A stretch of 23,712 bases of DNA from Oscillospiraceae bacterium (GTDB lineage Bacteria > Bacillota > Clostridia > Oscillospirales > Oscillospiraceae): positions 1-23,712 of the forward strand of contig JAJQFY010000087.1 of the NCBI GenBank assembly GCA_021200935.1, in the 5' to 3' direction. The translations under genes and the position numbers were made by a program. Shown piece after piece: positions 21,217 to 23,712 of the stretch (within the stretch, counting starts at the first letter, position 1; each line of letters starts with the position of its first letter). The notes under the pieces are model-generated. The model saw only the letters and a list, made by a program, of their open reading frames with translations, did not search any database and was not told where the DNA came from.

Positions 21217-23712
21217 ATGAAGAAAAGATTATTTGCATTGCTTCTGTCCACGCTGCTTGTCTTTTCCCTCATCCCGGCTGCCGCCTTCGCGGCAGGGACG
21301 GAGGGCGCGACAGGTGAAATCACTGAAGCCGAATCCGATGATACCGTCACCGTGGAATCTGTTCAGGCGCTGATCGACGCCCTGCCTGAAGCGTTCGACA
21401 TCACAGCAGACAACGCGGAAGAGGCAGAGGCGGCGCTGGACGCCATTGACGAGGCGAGGAACGCGCTGTATCAGGCCGGTGGAGACGTGGACGATTTGAA
21501 CTGCGCCAAATATGACGCGGTATGCGCGGCGCTGGCGGCCCTTGCGGGCGAGATGACTGGGGCTGTGACACTGGCGGATAATGGAGAACCTGTAGATTAT
21601 GGTTTTAGCGTTTATAATAGCGCGGCTAGTGCTGCCGTCGAAGCAACCAGCGACAATGCCGCTGATGTTCTGGGGGACGGTACAATCTCTTATGACGCGG
21701 CAACGAATACTCTTACACTCAATAATGCTTCTTTGACATCTCCCTACCCTGCTACTGCTGGCGCTTTGGTCGAAGCCGCAATCAATGTGAATACCAGCGG
21801 ACAAAGTCTAAATATCGAACTGATAGGAGAAAACACGATTGCCGGTGGCCGCTGCATTAACGTCAGCGGGTCGCTGACCATCAGCGGAACCGGTTCACTG
21901 AATGCGGAAGGCCAAGATCGCGGCGTATATGCCGGTGGTGATCTTACGATTGACGGTACTGACGGTGCTACAGTCACCGCAAGTACCACCACCAGTGCAG
22001 GAGGTGGAATTGAAGCCCAGGGAACATTGACCATACAAAACGGTGCCACTGTTACCGGCACCTCGTCAGGTGCCGATGGAATTTATGGGAATAATGGTAT
22101 AACCATTGAAGACAGTACTGTGACTGGTAGTTCCACCAGCAGTGATTATTACGCTGGGATTTCCTCTCAGGGCAATATCTCTATTACAAACTCCACTGTT
22201 ACCGCCGAAAGCGCAACGGATGCCGGTCTCGCAGCATATAATGGTAATCTTACGATTACAAACAGCACCGTGGACGCAACGGCGGGGTATGACGCAGATG
22301 GATATGGATACTGTGCCATTTGCGGAAACACAATCACGATTTCCGGCGGAAGCGTAACGGCAACGGATACGGGCAAAGAAGCAAACGCCATTTATTCTTT
22401 TGACGGCTCTATAGCGATTACCAATGGGGCTGCCGTAACAGCGAAGGCCACAAACGGGGAAAGCTATCCGGCAGTATATGGCACGGGAGGCGTTTCCATC
22501 TCAGACAGTAACGTGACAGCGGAGGCTGGCGGCGATGTGGCAGTTTATTCACCGGCTGATATCAGCATCCATGACAGCATTGTTACCGCGTCTGCCCCGA
22601 ATGGTTTGGATGGCATAATGGCAAGGGGCAACTCATCTGTTTCCGGCTCGTGGATCAGCACATCAGGGACTGAGGATTTTGATAATTCTATTGCCGACAG
22701 TGTTTTGATTAATGGAACGACCGGCAGCGTTATCGGAAATGCCGTACTTCCCGGCAGCGTCACCCTGCCGACCGGCACAACATTGAATTTCCCAGACAGT
22801 TCGAGCTTAACGGTTCCAGACGGCGTTACATTTACCAATAACGGAATCATTACGGGAAGCATCAGTATTACAAATAACGGAACTGTCATTTGCACCAGTC
22901 ATGTGGGAGGAACAGCCACTTGCGCGGAAAGCGCGGTATGCGAAGTCTGCGGTGAGCGTTATGGAGACGTAAATGCCGCGAACCATACAAATCTTGTGGA
23001 AACAGAAGCGGAAGCGGCGACCCATCTGACCACAGGCAACACCCAATATTGGTACTGCGACGGCTGTGATAAGTATTTTAGTGATGCAGCCGGTACGCAA
23101 GTAATTACCCTTGATGATACGGTTATTCCGAAGCTGACGGAACACACCACCGAGATACAAAACGCCAAGGCCGCCACCTGCACCGAGGCGGGGTACACCG
23201 GGGACACAGTCTGCACTGTCTGTGGTGAGACCATAGAGACGGGGGAGGTTATCCCCGCCACCGGCCATGTCACTGAGGTACAGAACGCCAAAGCCGCCGC
23301 CTGCACCGAGGCGGGGTACACCGGGGACACAGTCTGCACCGTATGCGGCGAGACCATAGAGCCGGGGGAGGCAATCCCCGCCACGGGCCACAATTACGGG
23401 GAACCGGCCATTATCTGGGCGGAGGATTACAGCGCCGCCACCGTCACCTTTACCTGCGCCAACGACGGGGGCCATCAGGAGACGGTGACAGCCACGGTGA
23501 CATCCGCCGTCAAGACCCCGGCCACCGCCGCAGAAAAGGGCGTGACGGTTTACACCGCCACCATCACCTTTAATGGGACGGAGTACACCTTCACGGCGGA
23601 GGCTGCGGACATCCCCGGGGGGCCCCCCCCCCCCGCCCCCCCGACACCCCCCCCCCCCGCCCCCCCAGGGGCAGATAAACAAAAGTCGCAGGCCCCGAAG
23701 ACGGAAATGTAG
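21217..23712 (+). CDS. Large secreted surface protein: signal peptide, ~20-25-aa beta-helix-like repeats, CxxC-containing Cys modules, poly-Pro C-terminus
   Basis: Start at MKKRLFALLLSTLLVFSLIPAAAFA (signal peptide). Repeats of the form G.L(T/S)I..(S/G).VTA. Modules CTEAGYTGDTVCTVCGETIE..IPATGH. The stop TAG is the last codon of the window. The upstream in-frame ATG at 21172 was rejected. Confidence 0.88.
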   Translation: MKKRLFALLLSTLLVFSLIPAAAFAAGTEGATGEITEAESDDTVTVESVQALIDALPEAFDITADNAEEAEAALDAIDEARNALYQAGGDVDDLNCAKYDAVCAALAALAGEMTGAVTLADNGEPVDYGFSVYNSAASAAVEATSDNAADVLGDGTISYDAATNTLTLNNASLTSPYPATAGALVEAAINVNTSGQSLNIELIGENTIAGGRCINVSGSLTISGTGSLNAEGQDRGVYAGGDLTIDGTDGATVTASTTTSAGGGIEAQGTLTIQNGATVTGTSSGADGIYGNNGITIEDSTVTGSSTSSDYYAGISSQGNISITNSTVTAESATDAGLAAYNGNLTITNSTVDATAGYDADGYGYCAICGNTITISGGSVTATDTGKEANAIYSFDGSIAITNGAAVTAKATNGESYPAVYGTGGVSISDSNVTAEAGGDVAVYSPADISIHDSIVTASAPNGLDGIMARGNSSVSGSWISTSGTEDFDNSIADSVLINGTTGSVIGNAVLPGSVTLPTGTTLNFPDSSSLTVPDGVTFTNNGIITGSISITNNGTVICTSHVGGTATCAESAVCEVCGERYGDVNAANHTNLVETEAEAATHLTTGNTQYWYCDGCDKYFSDAAGTQVITLDDTVIPKLTEHTTEIQNAKAATCTEAGYTGDTVCTVCGETIETGEVIPATGHVTEVQNAKAAACTEAGYTGDTVCTVCGETIEPGEAIPATGHNYGEPAIIWAEDYSAATVTFTCANDGGHQETVTATVTSAVKTPATAAEKGVTVYTATITFNGTEYTFTAEAADIPGGPPPPAPPTPPPPAPPGADKQKSQAPKTEM
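23152..23397 (+). repeat. Two tandem 123-nt (41-aa) near-identical repeats within the surface-protein gene
   Basis: Units begin at 23152 and 23275 (E(I/V)QNAKAA.CTEAGYTGDTVCTVCGETIE.GE.IPATGH). Confidence 0.9.
23623..23666 (+). repeat. Homopolymer tracts C12-G-C7-GACA-C12-G-C7 inside the coding 3' end
   Basis: Counted directly: C12 at 23623-23634, C7 at 23636-23642, C12 at 23647-23658, C7 at 23660-23666. They encode PPPPAPPTPPPPAPP. Confidence 0.95.

Noticed and set aside
20687-21238. 183-aa and 136-aa minus-strand ORFs spanning the TA promoter, the tetranucleotide tract and the two terminators.
   Set aside because: The sequence is driven by the repeats (..VRSFVRSF..). There is no SD, and the ORFs cross strong hairpins and run into the divergent surface-gene start.

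Overview
High-GC (roughly 60-65%) Clostridia-type chromosomal segment; Oscillospiraceae-like on gene content, which is inference only. No rRNA, tRNA, CRISPR array, transposase or recognisable multi-gene defence island is visible. Coding content, left to right: a 3' gene end; a two-gene module of a dirigent/AOC-barrel-like protein plus an FAD-dependent fumarate-reductase-family flavoprotein; an ECF sigma factor with an overlapping membrane anti-sigma-like DUF4367 protein; DegV; a 656-aa enoate-reductase-type Fe-S flavoprotein; an SLH-anchored secreted protein; nicotinate phosphoribosyltransferase; a translationally coupled split transketolase plus galactokinase-family kinase operon; a LysR regulator; a membrane-anchored parvulin PPIase; a NYN/LOTUS protein; a Phd/YefM-PIN type II TA pair; and a large secreted beta-helix/Cys-module surface protein that runs to the window end. 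The unusual material lies between genes and below the 60-aa cutoff of the ORF track. (1) Two paralogous type-I-TA-like loci bracket the SLH gene, each a 26-29 aa hydrophobic Hol-Tox-like peptide with its own promoter, an SD-sequestering leader and a convergent sRNA promoter sharing a terminator. (2) A ~110-nt three-tier hairpin element occurs 2.5 times, always abutting a gene terminator, and its copies differ by compensatory base-pair changes. It is followed by 51-bp tandem repeats. (3) A 234-bp MITE-like element with ~57-bp inverted arms lies in a hairpin-dense intergenic region. (4) A consensus promoter drives a ~380-nt leader containing a 58-nt phased tetranucleotide tract ((GAAC)7 and related) and two intrinsic terminators upstream of the surface-protein gene. 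(5) That gene is compositionally mosaic and ends in C12/C7/C12/C7 homopolymer tracts. (6) ECF-type promoters (GAAC-N16/17-CGTCT) lie upstream of both the sigma gene and the SLH gene. All family names come from motif recall, since no searches could be run.
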